64,000 bases of DNA from the NCBI GenBank assembly GCA_050273025.1, contig CP158636.1, forward strand, positions 12,462,001-12,526,000, given 5' to 3'. A model generated the notes under the pieces. That model saw only the letters and a program-made list of their open reading frames with translations, was not told the origin of the DNA and did not search any database. This document shows positions 12,733 to 24,859 of the stretch, in pieces. Both the position numbers and the translations under genes were made by a program. The first letter of the stretch is position 1; each line of letters opens with the position of its first letter. The stretch comes from Cenococcum geophilum. Lineage: Eukaryota.

Positions 12733-13305
12733 GCAGAGCTTCGTGTAGAGCCTCCGTACGCAGAGCTTCGCGCAGAGCCTTGTGCAGAGCCTCTGTACGT
12801 AGAGCTTCGTATAGAGCTTCGTGTAGAGCTTCGCGCAGAGCCTCGTGCAGAGCTTCGTGTAGAGCCTCCGTACGCAGAGCTTCGCGCAGAGCCTCGTGCA
12901 GAGCTTCGTGCAGAGCTTCGTGCAGAGCTTCGTGCAGAGCCTCCGTACGCAGAGCCTCGCGCAGAGCCTCGTGCAGAGCCTCTGTACGTAGAGCTTCGTG
13001 CAGAGCTTCGTGCAGAGCCTCCGTACGCAGAGCCTCGCGCAGAGCCTCGCGCAGAGCCTCGTGCAGAGCCTCTACGTAGAGCTTCGTGCAGAGCTTCGTG
13101 CAGAGCTTCGTGCAGAGCTTCGTGCAGAGCTTCGTGCAGAGCTTCGTGCAGAGCTTCGTGCAGAGCTTCGTGCAGAGCTTCGTGCAGAGCTTCGTGCAGA
13201 GCTTCGTGCAGAGCCTCTGTACGTAGAGCTTCGTGTAGAGCTTCGTGTAGAGCTTCGTGTAGAGCTTCGTGTAGAGCTTCGTGTAGAGCCTTATGCAGAG
13301 CCTCT
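12733..13305. repeat. 12-bp minisatellite GCAGAGCTTCGT with 16-bp variant units
   Basis: Directly visible; gives AELR/RASC repeat ORFs. Confidence 0.95.
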
Positions 13306-13661
13306 AAGTAATAAAACTGTGTAAAAATTTATTTGCGTAATTAGTATATAACTTTACCTTAATTGCATGTCAAGGAATATACAGTTAGCTTTTAAAGTTG
13401 TTAAATAGGTTAACTGCGTGTTAAGGAATATATAGTTAGCTATTAAGTAGGTCAACTGCGTGTCAAGGAATATATAGTTAGCTTTTAAAGTTGTTAAATA
13501 GGTCAACTGCGTGTTATTTGACTTTTAGATGTGTCAAATTGGTTAATTGCGTGTCAAGTTGGTCAATTGCGTGTCGAGTTGGTTAAATTGCATGTCAATT
13601 ACGCGAAACGCGAAAACCAAAGTCTACTTGAATCTCATCCTGCGAATATTTTCCCGATGAT

Positions 13662-15427
13662 AGTAGGAACCTCTAGGCCCGCTTATAGGTCTTATTAGTA
13701 TTAAACCTCGCAACCTAAAAGCTCTAATTTATTAAGGTTAGGCACTAGATTAGAAACCAAAGTATCTAGTATATTATTATTAAATTCGCCGTCTAGTATA
13801 TTACTGCCAAGCTTAGTAGGTAGAGAATTAATAGTAGAAGGACATTATATAGGAGCAGTAGGGTAAGCCGTTAAGCTACTAGAATTAAACTCTTACTCGT
13901 TAATATAAGGTAGCTAATCTAATATAGAGCTATTTTTAGGTAAGCTAGTAAGCTAGGTGCTATATATTTTAACATTGTAATAATTAGAATAATTAACCTT
14001 TAGAAAGTAAAGCTACTATATTATAGTAGAGCGCCTTATAATATACCGCTTAATAAACCGCCGACTTAGGTATTTGCCACCCTCTACTACCGTAGGCCTT
14101 ATAACCAGTATATTAAGTTTAGTATATAGCCGTAGTAGCTGCCTCTAAGTCTTTAGTGTGTTCTAGCCAAAGCAGCAGACGTAGCTAGTATAGCAATATT
14201 GCTGGCCGCGTACACGCACGACTTGCAGATAAACATATACGCGCGTAATTAGAAGCTCCTCTACCATAGTAAGTATAGGTAGGAAGCTAGGAATAGGCCC
14301 TAGATTGAGCCCGTTACTTTTACTAAATAGGGGAGAAAGGGTTAGATCTTTAAGGCTATTAGCATCCTTAATACAGGCTTTATATATACCTATATTATTA
14401 CCCTCTATAGCTAGGCCCATTTAGAACTACCGCTCCTTATAACAACTGCACGTCTCTATATATTTAGCCTATAGTATACTCCTAACCTTTTTAATTCGCT
14501 CCTAATTAACAGCTAAAACGGGTAGTGGTATAGCTATAGTTGGAGCTTGCCGCGAGAAAGGCGGTATTAGCGGTAGAGTAGGTTCTAGCTATAGAGTATA
14601 TATTGGCAGTAGAGTAGGTTCTAGCTATAGGGTATATATTAGTAGTAGGGTAGGTTCTTAGCGTAGAGTATATATTGGCGGTAGAGTAGGCATTAGCGGT
14701 AGAGTAGGTATAGAAGCTAGTTCCGGCAAGGACGTATTTAGGCTATATATAGTGCCCCTTCTACTATATAGAGCTTTATCTATAGTATATAGCGGAAGAG
14801 TAGGTAAGTAAGTAAGCTTTACCCCACCAATTAAGAATGTGGTGCTCCCGTTATAATATCCTAATTGTCTTTTACCGTTAAGCTATTTTAGGGGTATCTT
14901 AGCTATTCTAGCCACGAGGTAGGAAGGCGTTCTTAGTATTATTTTTAGGTGAAGCAGTTTACTAGCGCCTTATAGAATAATTCTTAGTAGTAGAACCTAA
15001 CTCTATAAGAGCTCTCCGCTTATTTAAATTATATTTAGAGGCCTAGAAAAGTAAGTAGAAGTAGAAGTAATATATAGGGAAGACGCGCCTTTAACCGATA
15101 TAACTGGCATAGCTTTAAAAGCTTTTTTAAAGGGCCGTCTTTAATAAAGTTAAGGTGGGGCTTATAGATATAGCACTTACTACACTTAATTATAGTAGAA
15201 TCTGCTATATATATAAAGTATATAGTAGTATTAATAGAGGTGTTAACAAAAAGGAAGGTGTAATACTAAGACATTTTAATATTCGTCACGTGGATTCTGC
15301 AATAACTTACCGCCTGCAAGTTTTTTTTCTAACTAATTAGAAGCTGGCTCAGCGGCCAATTAAAAGCTGGCTTAGCGGAAGTTTAAAATCTAAGACCCGA
15401 AAATATAGACTACTCGTACCTCGGGTC
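13662..15427 (-). mobile_element. 5' part of the same non-canonical Helitron (Pro-rich repeats, CxxC, DUF6570-like domain) and probable 5' terminus
   Basis: De-RIPed ETCS.CKERWF, GPIP.FLP.LT.VEELLI.RV.V.LQVVRVRGQQY.Y.GHVCCF, LPRL..ELD.LV, WL.FLK.NH.DY; terminal inverted pair GACCCGA (15394-15400)/TCGGGTC (15421-15427) next to AA. Confidence 0.75.
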
Positions 15428-15429
15428 AA

Positions 15430-16080
15430 TAATAGCAATATTATACTACCGCCGCTAGAGCTTCTGTAAACACTTAATCCTAGTAGCTTACCTCCGTTAA
15501 AGCTTTCCCTTAAAGTAGGCGCGCCTATAATTCTTTTACGGAACCTCTACCCTAAGGAGGGCCTCTATAACGGCACCTATATAGTTATTATACGCCTAGG
15601 CCGGCGCTATATTAAGACTTAAATTCTTAGTAGTAGCTTTTATAGGTAGCTGCGGCTAATTTCTTGCATTAAGCTTACCTCTATAAAGGGAAAACTGCCG
15701 TTTATTATTAGTAGAAGGTAGTTTTTAATCTAGCTATACTTTACTATAACGGTAAATAAGTTATAGGGGCAGTCTTTTAATTTTATTAGGGTTGACTTGC
15801 GTATACCGGTCTTTACCTATAGGCAGCTATATATTGCGCTGTTAAGAGTAATAGATATACGCGGGCTTTTACTATTACTGCTGTAGAACGGTGATGGTAT
15901 AACTGCTAATATTATATATCTAAAGGTATTACTACCTATTATAGGCTAAGACACGGGGGGATAGTATAGCAGCGGTGGTAGTAGGGCAGTAGCAGGGCAG
16001 TAGTAGGGCAGTAGTAGGTAGCACTTAGTTTAGAAGGACAAAAGCCCGCCATAGGCGCGAGAAATCTGTTAAATTTCTCG
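15430..16080 (+). mobile_element. 3' fragment of canonical Helitron Pif1-like helicase, RIP-decayed, with possible terminal hairpins
   Basis: LPP.KLSLKVGAPIILLRNL.PKEGL(C)NGT, F..T.NK(S)QGQSF, GQLY.ALSRV; stop ~15948; hairpins CGCCATAGGCG (16047-16057) and CGAGAAAT..ATTTCTCG (16058-16080). Confidence 0.85.
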
Positions 16081-16129
16081 TTATCTATTACTATCTATAT
16101 TTTATAGTATAATCCACATTAGTTAAGTA

Positions 16130-17925
16130 ACTCGGTATAACTTCCCTTTCTTTTACCTTTCCGATTTTTTAAGAAAATAATTTTATTAGCACTGTTACCT
16201 ATACTAAGACGATAAGTAATAGTTAAAATTATTTAACCTTTCCCTTAACTTTTAAGTGATTCGCGAATTAATTTCTCTATTGTATTATCTATAGCAAATA
16301 TAGCTTCGTTAAAAAGCAAAATCTTTAAATTTTTAAGAAAGGCCCTTATAATGGCAATACGTTAATACTTACCGCCTAAGAGTTTAATACCTCCTTCCCT
16401 AACCACTATATTATATCTAGCATTATAATATATAATCCGGTTATATATAAAAGCGGCTTTATAGATTTCTATAATTTTAATATTATTAGTATAGAGCTTA
16501 TATAATACAATTTCCCTAATTAACTTGTTTAGTACTTTAAGATTTTAAAGTATAACTGCTATATTTTCTTATAGACTTCTTAGTATAATATTACTAATAT
16601 TTTGGCTATTAATTTTTAATGCTCCCTTTACTAGGGTTAATAAACTACTTTAGGAAATTAAAAGGTATAAACTTACCGCTCCCGGTTAGTCTAATAAGTA
16701 TAATAGTCTTTTTACCCTTAACTATGAAACTAATCTTCTTTACTATTAGCTCGTTATTGGCGTAAGAAAATAAAATATTATTAAATTTAATGCGGCCGGC
16801 GGTAACCTTAAGGTATATTACTCCTTCTCTATTAATAATAGATGGCTTAGTTTAAAGAAGTTTAGAAAAGCGTTTTGCTATACTAAGGTAGCCTATTAAT
16901 ATATTATATGTTTATATAAAATAGCCTATAAGTATAAATATATTTAGCTAGGAACTAATTAAAATAAAAAAGCCACTTATACTTATAGTATCCTATATAA
17001 GGAGAAAAAGTAAAACTAGTACTAAAATTACTAAGCTAATTGCTTTTAATCACTCCCCTAATAGACTAGTAAAAAGTTATAAATACTTTATCTATAATTC
17101 TAGTTTATTACTATCTATTAATATAGAGGAATATCCGCACTACTTCTAATTTTAATAATTAGCTGTTTTTACTAGATCCCAGTATATAACTATATTGTAC
17201 TTAATCTAGCTTTCCTTATATCTATTTATACTACAGTCTTAATATATTTTTAAAAAAAGCTTAGGATTTTTAACGAGCTTAGTCTAAATATAAATAACGA
17301 TTATATCTATTATAATAAGTCCTATATATATATCAATAAAGTGCGAGAAATAATTGCAGAAGATACTAAATTAAGGATTAAACCCTCTGTAAGATTGTAA
17401 GCTTTGCAGTGTGGGAGAATTGAATAAACGACTTGATTGTAAATGTAGCTCTAGAGGCTCTATATATACACGAAGAAGGTGGAAGTGATAGGGTAATAGA
17501 TAGCTGAAATGGGAACGGTGATCTGCAAGCAATATATAGGGTGGCGTTGACGCCGTCTTGGAGCCTACCGGGTGACGATCTTGTGTCTCGACACAGTGTC
17601 GGTAGTCGGTTACAAAGATTAATATACTATTTTCCTAAAATTATAACCTTTAAGACTTTCCCAGAGCTATTATTGCTATAAAAGTCTATTAAGAGTATTA
17701 TAATGTGTCTTAAGGCGTACTCTTTTAGGTTACGCATTAAACATTCTATAACGTACCCTTTTATATATAAGTTAAACCGGTTTAGAATAAAGGTAAGTAG
17801 CGCTATTACCTATAAAATAAATTCTTAAACAGAAATAGAACCTTTAGCGGTTAGTTAATGCTACTTAGAAAGGATAAAAATATAAACAAGATCTGTCTAT
17901 AGTAGCATCTATAACAAAGCTGTAG
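16130..17925 (-). pseudogene. RIP-destroyed HMT1/ATM1-like ABCB half-transporter, split by a solo LTR
   Basis: De-RIPed LSMDFH...SGKVLK (~17650-17700), LLQTKPSI..G.I.F (~16800-16860), Walker A G.TGSGK (~16675-16695), LSGGE.QRIAIARAFLKN..ILL.DEA (~16300-16383). Confidence 0.8.
17396..17614 (-). mobile_element. Solo LTR, 219 bp, 5-bp TSD AAGAT
   Basis: TGTAA...TTACA ends; AAGAT at 17391-17395 and 17615-17619; internal TATA-like element; much less RIPed than flanks. Confidence 0.85.
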
Positions 17926-18147
17926 GTGTTGGTGTTTCCGTCCAAATCCACAAGCGAGCTTCCCGCAAAAGCTCATCAGACCGTCAATCCGCCAAGCGCA
18001 TCACCACCCACTATGCCACCCACATTTAGGACATTACCTACACAATGGACCTCTCAAGCCCCACGCACAGCTTACGTGCGGGGAATTGGGCCAGCAGCCC
18101 GAAAGAGGTGGGACTAGGAATCCAATTGAGCAGAACGCCTGCAGCTA

Positions 18148-18988
18148 ATGCTATACAGCAGCTCACAAACATGCCTGTACAGGTCCTGCAATAGACCTCA
18201 GTATGCGCCTCAGATTGCCGTTAGGTGCATTTCGTCGACCCCCATGCTGTATAAGAAGGGTGGGAAGGCAAACATGTCGCATACACGCACTGATTCCTCC
18301 CCACCCATCACAGACGCCTCGCGCCGCACGCCTACCGACGAGGCCTTCGACTTCTCCACCCTCGAATCGGGCATCTTAAAGGCGCTCGAGAAGCTCACGC
18401 GCGATCTATCGCAGCTAAGGTCGGGAGGGCGGTTCAACCCGGACGTGGTTGAGAACCTGAAAGTGCAGCTGGGGAAGGCAGGGTCGAAAGAAACGGTGCG
18501 GTTGAAGGACCTAGCGCAGGTTGTGCCAAAGGGACGGCTCTTGAACGTGATTGTGGGCGAGAAGGAGGTAAGCTTCCAAACTCTAGGATAGAGGTGCTAT
18601 TTCCATGATCTGCTGTACTTCTAACTTACGGCTTAACTAGCACGTCAAACCGGTTACCTCCGCCATCGCTGCCAGCCCATACAGCCTCGCACCCCAGCAA
18701 CCGCCTCCCGATAGTCCCCTCACAATTCCCGTCCCTATCCCGCCACCAACTGGTGAGTCGCGGAAGGCTGCCCTTGAGGCTGCGCAGAAAGCAGCTGAGA
18801 CCGCCAACATTGCTGTTCAGGACGCTCGCGGCGCGCACCACAAGAAACTGCGAAAGTACCAGATCGACAAGAGCGTACGACCTGATGATCTGCAAAAGGC
18901 GCACAAGGGTATGGAGGAGGTGGTTAAGAAGGGGCTTGGAGAGGTGAAGAGGATTGTGGATGGCGCAAAGCGGGTGCTTGAAGGGTAG
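18148..18988 (+). CDS. RRF1: Mitochondrial ribosome recycling factor; intron 18568-18640; true start may be upstream (ATG ~18013 plus small intron)
   Basis: LSQLRSGGRFNPDVVE, LKDLAQVV, IPVPIPPPTGESR, PDDLQKAHKGME. Confidence 0.9.
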
Positions 18989-19468
18989 TGAAGTCGCTAT
19001 ATGCATATATTGTATGCTACGTATGAGCGTTTAAACTCTCGGAACTTGGATATGTAAAATACTATGTTGAAAGTTTTGGGAATATGCAATTCTCAGCAAT
19101 GGTTGATTATTATGTCCTATTTTAAGCCATAAATTTCGGAAGTAGATATTAACATACAGAGGACGTTTATATTCAGCTGTGGAAATTGGCACGTATTCCT
19201 GATGCCTACTGCGGCTATCCATTGGGTACATTATTAGAAATATCTATAGTTACGGAGAGGAAAATCTGATGTCGTAGTTGTGAAAGACACTAGGTATAAA
19301 GAAAATTAGGAGTAGTGATAGGAACCAAGAACCGTTCGAAAAGTCCAGCCAGCGCCGGGCTGCAAAAGTGCTGCTATGCATATTTAATCTCTCTACATCC
19401 AATTAAGAGCCCCTCCCAAAATAATTCTTACAAAGGAGATACAATATCTAGTAGATGCAATCGTCAAT

Positions 19469-22400
19469 TTATTCCTCCTTCTCCTTCTTTACCTTTGGCA
19501 CTCTGATTAGCCAGTAAAGAGCTAGCGCCCCGAAGATATTGAAAATGATGTACGCCCACATAATGCCGAAGTTTCTCCAGGCTTCAGAGTAATGGCTACT
19601 CACACCTGCCAGGAAGACGTTCGTGTCGCCCATGGGGCAGTAACTGCAGTTGGTTGTACCGGATGGGTTTTCAAGATAACCGCCAGCCAATTTAATGTAA
19701 GAGGCCATGTAATCTGCACAAGTACCAGAGGTAGGACTGAAGTGGAGATATTCATTGGAGGCGCAGATAACGTTGGTGTCGGCTACCGCCGTAGAAAGCA
19801 TGGCGCTGATGAGGTAGGTGAATGGCGAGACGCGATACATGAAGATCCAGAAGCCTGGGAGGCTAGTAGGGCTTGCGAGGACACTGTGGAGAATATTAGC
19901 GTCAGTGCATCCAAGATCATGTACAGCTGTTCAATATAACATACCCGCAGAAGATGAGCGTCAACGTAAACGCCAAGTTAGCAATGTTACCACCCGATTC
20001 AGCAGTGTCGACTCCAGCAATGGCGAGGTGCGTAAATGTGCTGGTAAATAAAAGGAAAGCCCAGATCAAAAGGAACATTAATGCGCCGCGCTCATGCACC
20101 GCATGGGTTGGTTCGGCATTGCGGTATAGACCAATTGGATAGTACCAGCATACGAAGATGAAAAAGGCCATAAGTGTGTTCCAAGGCAGTTCGACAATGA
20201 TGTTGGATAGCATGAAAGCTTTCCAGGAGTATGCTTTGGACGGCCGTTCGCGGACTTCGTACAATGACCGTTGGGTGACGAAGTGTGGCATGATTTGTTG
20301 CGCTAATTGACCGAAAATTGTCATGAGCATGAAGATAGCGAACATCTGGTTTTGGAGGCCTTGTATAGAGTTATGCGCCTTGAAGAAGGAAAACCCAATG
20401 AATAGTGCCTGGGAATCTATTAGTGGTGATTATTTTTGAACTCCTGAGACCTTGGTACTTACCGAGAATATGCAAAGAGCCGCTTTGGAGTAGATGTATG
20501 ATGGTGTCCGCCAGTACTGCTCAAACACACGCTTAGTGACTTCCCATAGCTGTTTTCCGAATGGTGCAGCAAATTCTCTGTAGCTGGCCTTGTCTTCCTT
20601 CTTTTGAGCCGAGACTGTGCGTTGAAGAGCGGTAGCCTGTGGTCTCTCCTCTTTCAGTCGAGCCAGTTCATTATGCACTCCGGTATATTCTGGGCTGCTG
20701 CGCCAGACAGCAGGCCAGTCAACATCGGTGGTCGATCCAGGCGCGGCTCCGATAACCTCAAGCATCCATTCAGCCGGATTAGCCTCCGGAGGACAAAGGT
20801 GCCCTCCATTCCTCTCGAAATAGCTTGTCAAGGTAGATGAGTTTTCTCCAATATCGCCATAGTAAACGGTTTTCCCGCCTTTGGCTAAGAAGAGCAGTCT
20901 ATCGAAGCGCTGGAACAACATGGCGGATGGTTGATGGATGGTGCAGAGAATGGCTTGGCCGTTTTTAGTTAGCTTATCCAGGAGGTCCAGAATCGCCCAA
21001 GACGTTTGACTGTCAAGGCCAGACGTCGGTTCGTCGAGGAATAGCAACAGCGCTGGCTTTGCCGCTAATTCGACACCGATGGTCAATCGCTTACGTTGTT
21101 CGACATTCAATCCTTCTCCCGGAACACCAACAACAGCATCAGCATACTCAGTCATATCTAGGAGTTTGATAACTTCATCCACGTAGGCCAGCTTCTCATG
21201 ACGGGCAATGTGCGCAGGTTGACGAAGAAGAGCGCTGAAATTGAGGGCCTCTCTGACCGTTGATGTCGCAAGATGCAAGTCCTGTTGCTGAACATACCCG
21301 GTCTTACGCTGGAATGATTCATCGCGCGGACGACCATCGACTAGCATTTCACCGGTAATGACTCCCATGGTGGTACGAGTGGCAAGACAATCCAACAGAG
21401 TCGTTTTTCCAGCGCCAGAGACACCCTAGGTAGGTTTGTGAGTATATTCTCAAGTTCATTCCAAAGACAACTTACCATTAACGCAGTCAAAGTACCAGGT
21501 TTGACCCAGCCATCCACGTGGTCGAGAATTCTTCTGGGCTGGCCCTTAATTTTGATGTCGTAGCAGACGTCTTTCCATTGGAATATAGCCGTTTGACGTT
21601 CAATGACCGCACTATGGTCGACTTCAGTCGTTCCAGTAACAGTTTGACGGCCAGAGGCGGCTTCGACATCATCCGAATGTTTGGTCTTGAGCAACATGTG
21701 GCCACGCCGGAAAACCAGTACCTCACCCTTGGACTTCTTGGCTGTGATGAATTCCGTGGCTAACAGGTACGCGGTCATCAGACCGAGCGTGAATACCAGA
21801 AGGATTCCAAAGTTCCTAGAATGTGTTAGAAATGTCTAGGCGAAGAAGAAAATGGGAAATAACGCACCTCCATTTGTGGGTGTGGTAGTATCCAAAAGCC
21901 GAATTGATATAAGCGTCACCGTCTACAACGCTCGAACCGGCCACAGATCCCACAGCCGAGCAAACCTTATTAGTACCGCCAACATTGCCATAGCCCGGGC
22001 CTGAGGGTACGAATGTAGAGCATTCGAATGACCGGTTATGGAACTCGTTGATCATGAGAGATTCAAATCCATAGGAAACAGGATCTATGTAATTGATCCA
22101 TCGAGACCATCCAAGCATATAGTGGGTTGGAATGGTGAAGCCTGTATAGATGACGAGGCCCAATATCAAAACAGCAGCAGGAGCCATAGCCCCTGAGAGA
22201 GTTCTCGACATAGATGCTATGGTTCTGAAAAACATGGACATGGTCAAAGTTAAAGTGAATGAAACCAGAACAAAAAAGAAGAAGGCGCCCGGTTCTCTTC
22301 GAAGGTGGGTCATAAAGTATAGTACCAGATTAAAGAATATGGCGTTGAGGATCTTGTATGGCATGTCTGTAAGCATCGAAGCAAAAGCCTCACAGGACGG

Positions 22401-24462
22401 GTGATAAAGTGCATATCGAGCGTGCTTTTCCACAATGGGGCGTTGAGCGTAGAGTGTTAGGATCTAGAAAATGGTAAGCACTCAGCCGTGACATATATTC
22501 ACGCGACGCCTACCTCAAGTGCGCTACCGAAAGCATTCATAAGGACCGCGAAGAAGAGAAGAGCTCCTCGTTGGTAGAAGCTGCTGGTATTAGGCTGCAG
22601 GTTGTAGAAGACACTCCCAATAACCAAAGCCATGACGGAATTGGCGATCAGTTGCGTGAGAGTTAAACTTGGATCGCCCTTGAGTCTTTGGAAGCCTCGC
22701 CAGAGACAGAGTCTAATCTGTTGGCTGTACGACAGTGTGTAGGGTGACTTTACCCGCCTGTATGGAGAGTTAGACTTTAAAATACTTCAGATAGTAAGCG
22801 ATATCGACTTACTGATTTTTGGCTTGCTGCGCCCTTCGAGAAGCCCTGAATTTTTTAAATTGCTCGCCTCCAATTGGGTACTGACGATCATAGTTCTCGA
22901 TATCCTGGAGAAGCTGTTTGCGCTCTTCGCTGTTCTTCCAGCGCTCTGCGAACTCGTTAGGCGTCCGCGGAACCCTATCTTCCCAGCCAGGCCGAACAAC
23001 ACGCTCTAGCGGACTTGTCATTGAGGTTAAGAAATCGGCTGTGGTCTGTCTGTCAGGGCAATCAAAGCCCATATCAACGAAAAACTTCTTAGCGTCTCCA
23101 GTGCGTCCGAAGTAGATCTGTCGACCTTCGTAGAGGACAAGAACTTTGTCAAAGATATCGTATGCTGACTGAGGCGCCTGATAGATCGCAACACAAGCGG
23201 TGGCTCCCATAATATCTGTCGACATTCGTAGAGTTTTACAGAACTCAATGGCGTTGGCGCTATCCAGACCACGGGTACTGTTGTCCCAGCATTGTAGCGG
23301 GGCGCTGCTTAATGCTGCCTCCGCAATGCTCACACGCTTGCGCTCTCCACCACTGACCCCACGAACGTAATCATTTCCTACTCTAGTATCGACTGTGTGA
23401 CTAATACCGAATATGGCCATGATAACGTCGCGCATATGTTGGGCGTACTCATACTTGTTCACACCTCCAGGGATATGGCGGGGAGCCCTAGCTCGCGCCG
23501 CAAATGAGAGCGTGTCTCCCACAGTAAGCATCGGGAAGTGAACATCGACTTCAGCTGTATATATGGCCTCTCCGCGGAAATCGTTGGCCATGTGCTTGGC
23601 ACTGATACCTTGAAGAGAAAATCTTTATTAGCAAAAGCGATGCTTTCGTATGAATCCTAGGCCTACCTTGGTAATTTATTTGCGAAGTCGAATCCACCAC
23701 AAACCCATGGGTTTCTCCAGAGATAGTCTTGAGGAAAGTAGAGCAGCCAGAGCCTGGAGGTCCGAGCACAACAAGCATTTCCCCGCTTTCGACCAAGCCA
23801 TCAAGGTTCTGGAGAATGTCGATCTTGCGTTGCCCTGAGCCCATGAGTCTCTTTACAAGGCCAACACCTTCCAGTATTACATTTCCCACGCTTTTCTGGT
23901 AGTCAGTGGCCGAACCGAACCCATGGACACTGAGATTCCTAAAAGCAACACCAGCTGTTCTGAGAGGATGTCCCTTGGTGTCTCGGGATTGCAGCTGTAG
24001 CATGGCCTTGGCCCATGATCTGGGGCTGAAATGCGGGCTGTTGGGATCCAAGGTAGAGTCGGGCTCAGGTGTGAAGGGATTCTGGCCAGATACAGAATAG
24101 GTGGAATGTTCTGTCAAACGTCGTGCCAATGCAGCGACCTTTTCACCGCGCCGTTCGTCCTCCGGGTCCTCATCTCCCACAAAGGGTTCTTCAGTCCTTT
24201 CATGGTCCGATGGTGTCTTTTCGTTAATGGCAGGTTTGTTTATCCGCGAGGCCGTTGAAGCTTTACGACGTGATCTGGTTTCACTTTTCTTAGGACCGAG
24301 TGTGGAGTCTGAATTGGCATCGGGCGCAGACTCCGAGCGCTCTCTGGTTCTGGGCATTGAGCCAGTCCTATTATGTGGTGGAGCAGCATCTGGTGAAGGC
24401 ACGCCAGCTTGTTGCGCCTGGCGGTCATTGTTGCCAAAGGCGAAATTACCGACGAGCGACAT
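19469..24462 (-). CDS. Full-size PDR-type ABCG multidrug transporter (Cdr1/AbcG1-like), multi-exon
   Basis: NBD1 [35 protein letters not shown]2 [24 protein letters not shown]; two TMDs and PDR_CDR Cys loops; GT-AG introns. Confidence 0.97.
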
Positions 24463-24841
24463 TATGAGAAAGAACTATCAAGCACCGAGCGATTAAATAG
24501 AAGCGAAACAAACCACTAGCAGCAGAATTGAAAGGTGGATGGCTCTGAGTAAGATATATGCCATCACAGCCAAGGAAAAGCAGTTTGGTGGACCTTGGCA
24601 ATGCTACATCGCGGCCTGTGAAAATAAAAGATCTCTTACGTCTCCCGGATCTCACTCTCTGCAATTGCTCCCGAGCGCAAGGGAGGCAGACTTTTACGGC
24701 TTAGTCTATGAGAGACAGGTTTAAGGGCACCTGATGGCTAGCTGATCGGATAGCCTGCTCGTCCGGCTGCCGCGGACTAAAACAGAAACGGCAGGTAAGC
24801 CATAGCTAAACTTGTAGATCCTGCAACACGTGACCGCTTTC

Positions 24842-24859
24842 CGGAGGAGCGCATTTCCG
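24842..24859. promoter_or_regulatory. CGG-N12-CCG motif ~380 bp upstream of the PDR gene (AtrR-type Zn2Cys6 site candidate)
   Basis: CGG AGGAGCGCATTT CCG; further CGG/CCG pairs at ~24748-24777 and ~24983-25000. Confidence 0.45.

Larger units (their letters stand above)
11304..13659. mobile_element. Non-autonomous 2356-bp TIR element built from tandem repeats, 2-bp TSD (AT)
   Basis: TIRs CATCGGCAAAATAT (11304-11317) / ATATTTTCCCGATG (13646-13659), 13/14 match; AT on both flanks; removal restores Helitron frame EVPTMR(Q)TPLS. Confidence 0.85.

Noticed and set aside
11649..13324. ORFs encoding AELR/RASC/YLPICI/EPDDR repeats
   Set aside because: By-products of minisatellites, open in several frames, mostly non-ATG starts; no coding evidence
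1..17925. Starship giant element
   Set aside because: No DUF3435 tyrosine recombinase captain or boundary repeats recognised; cannot be excluded outside the window
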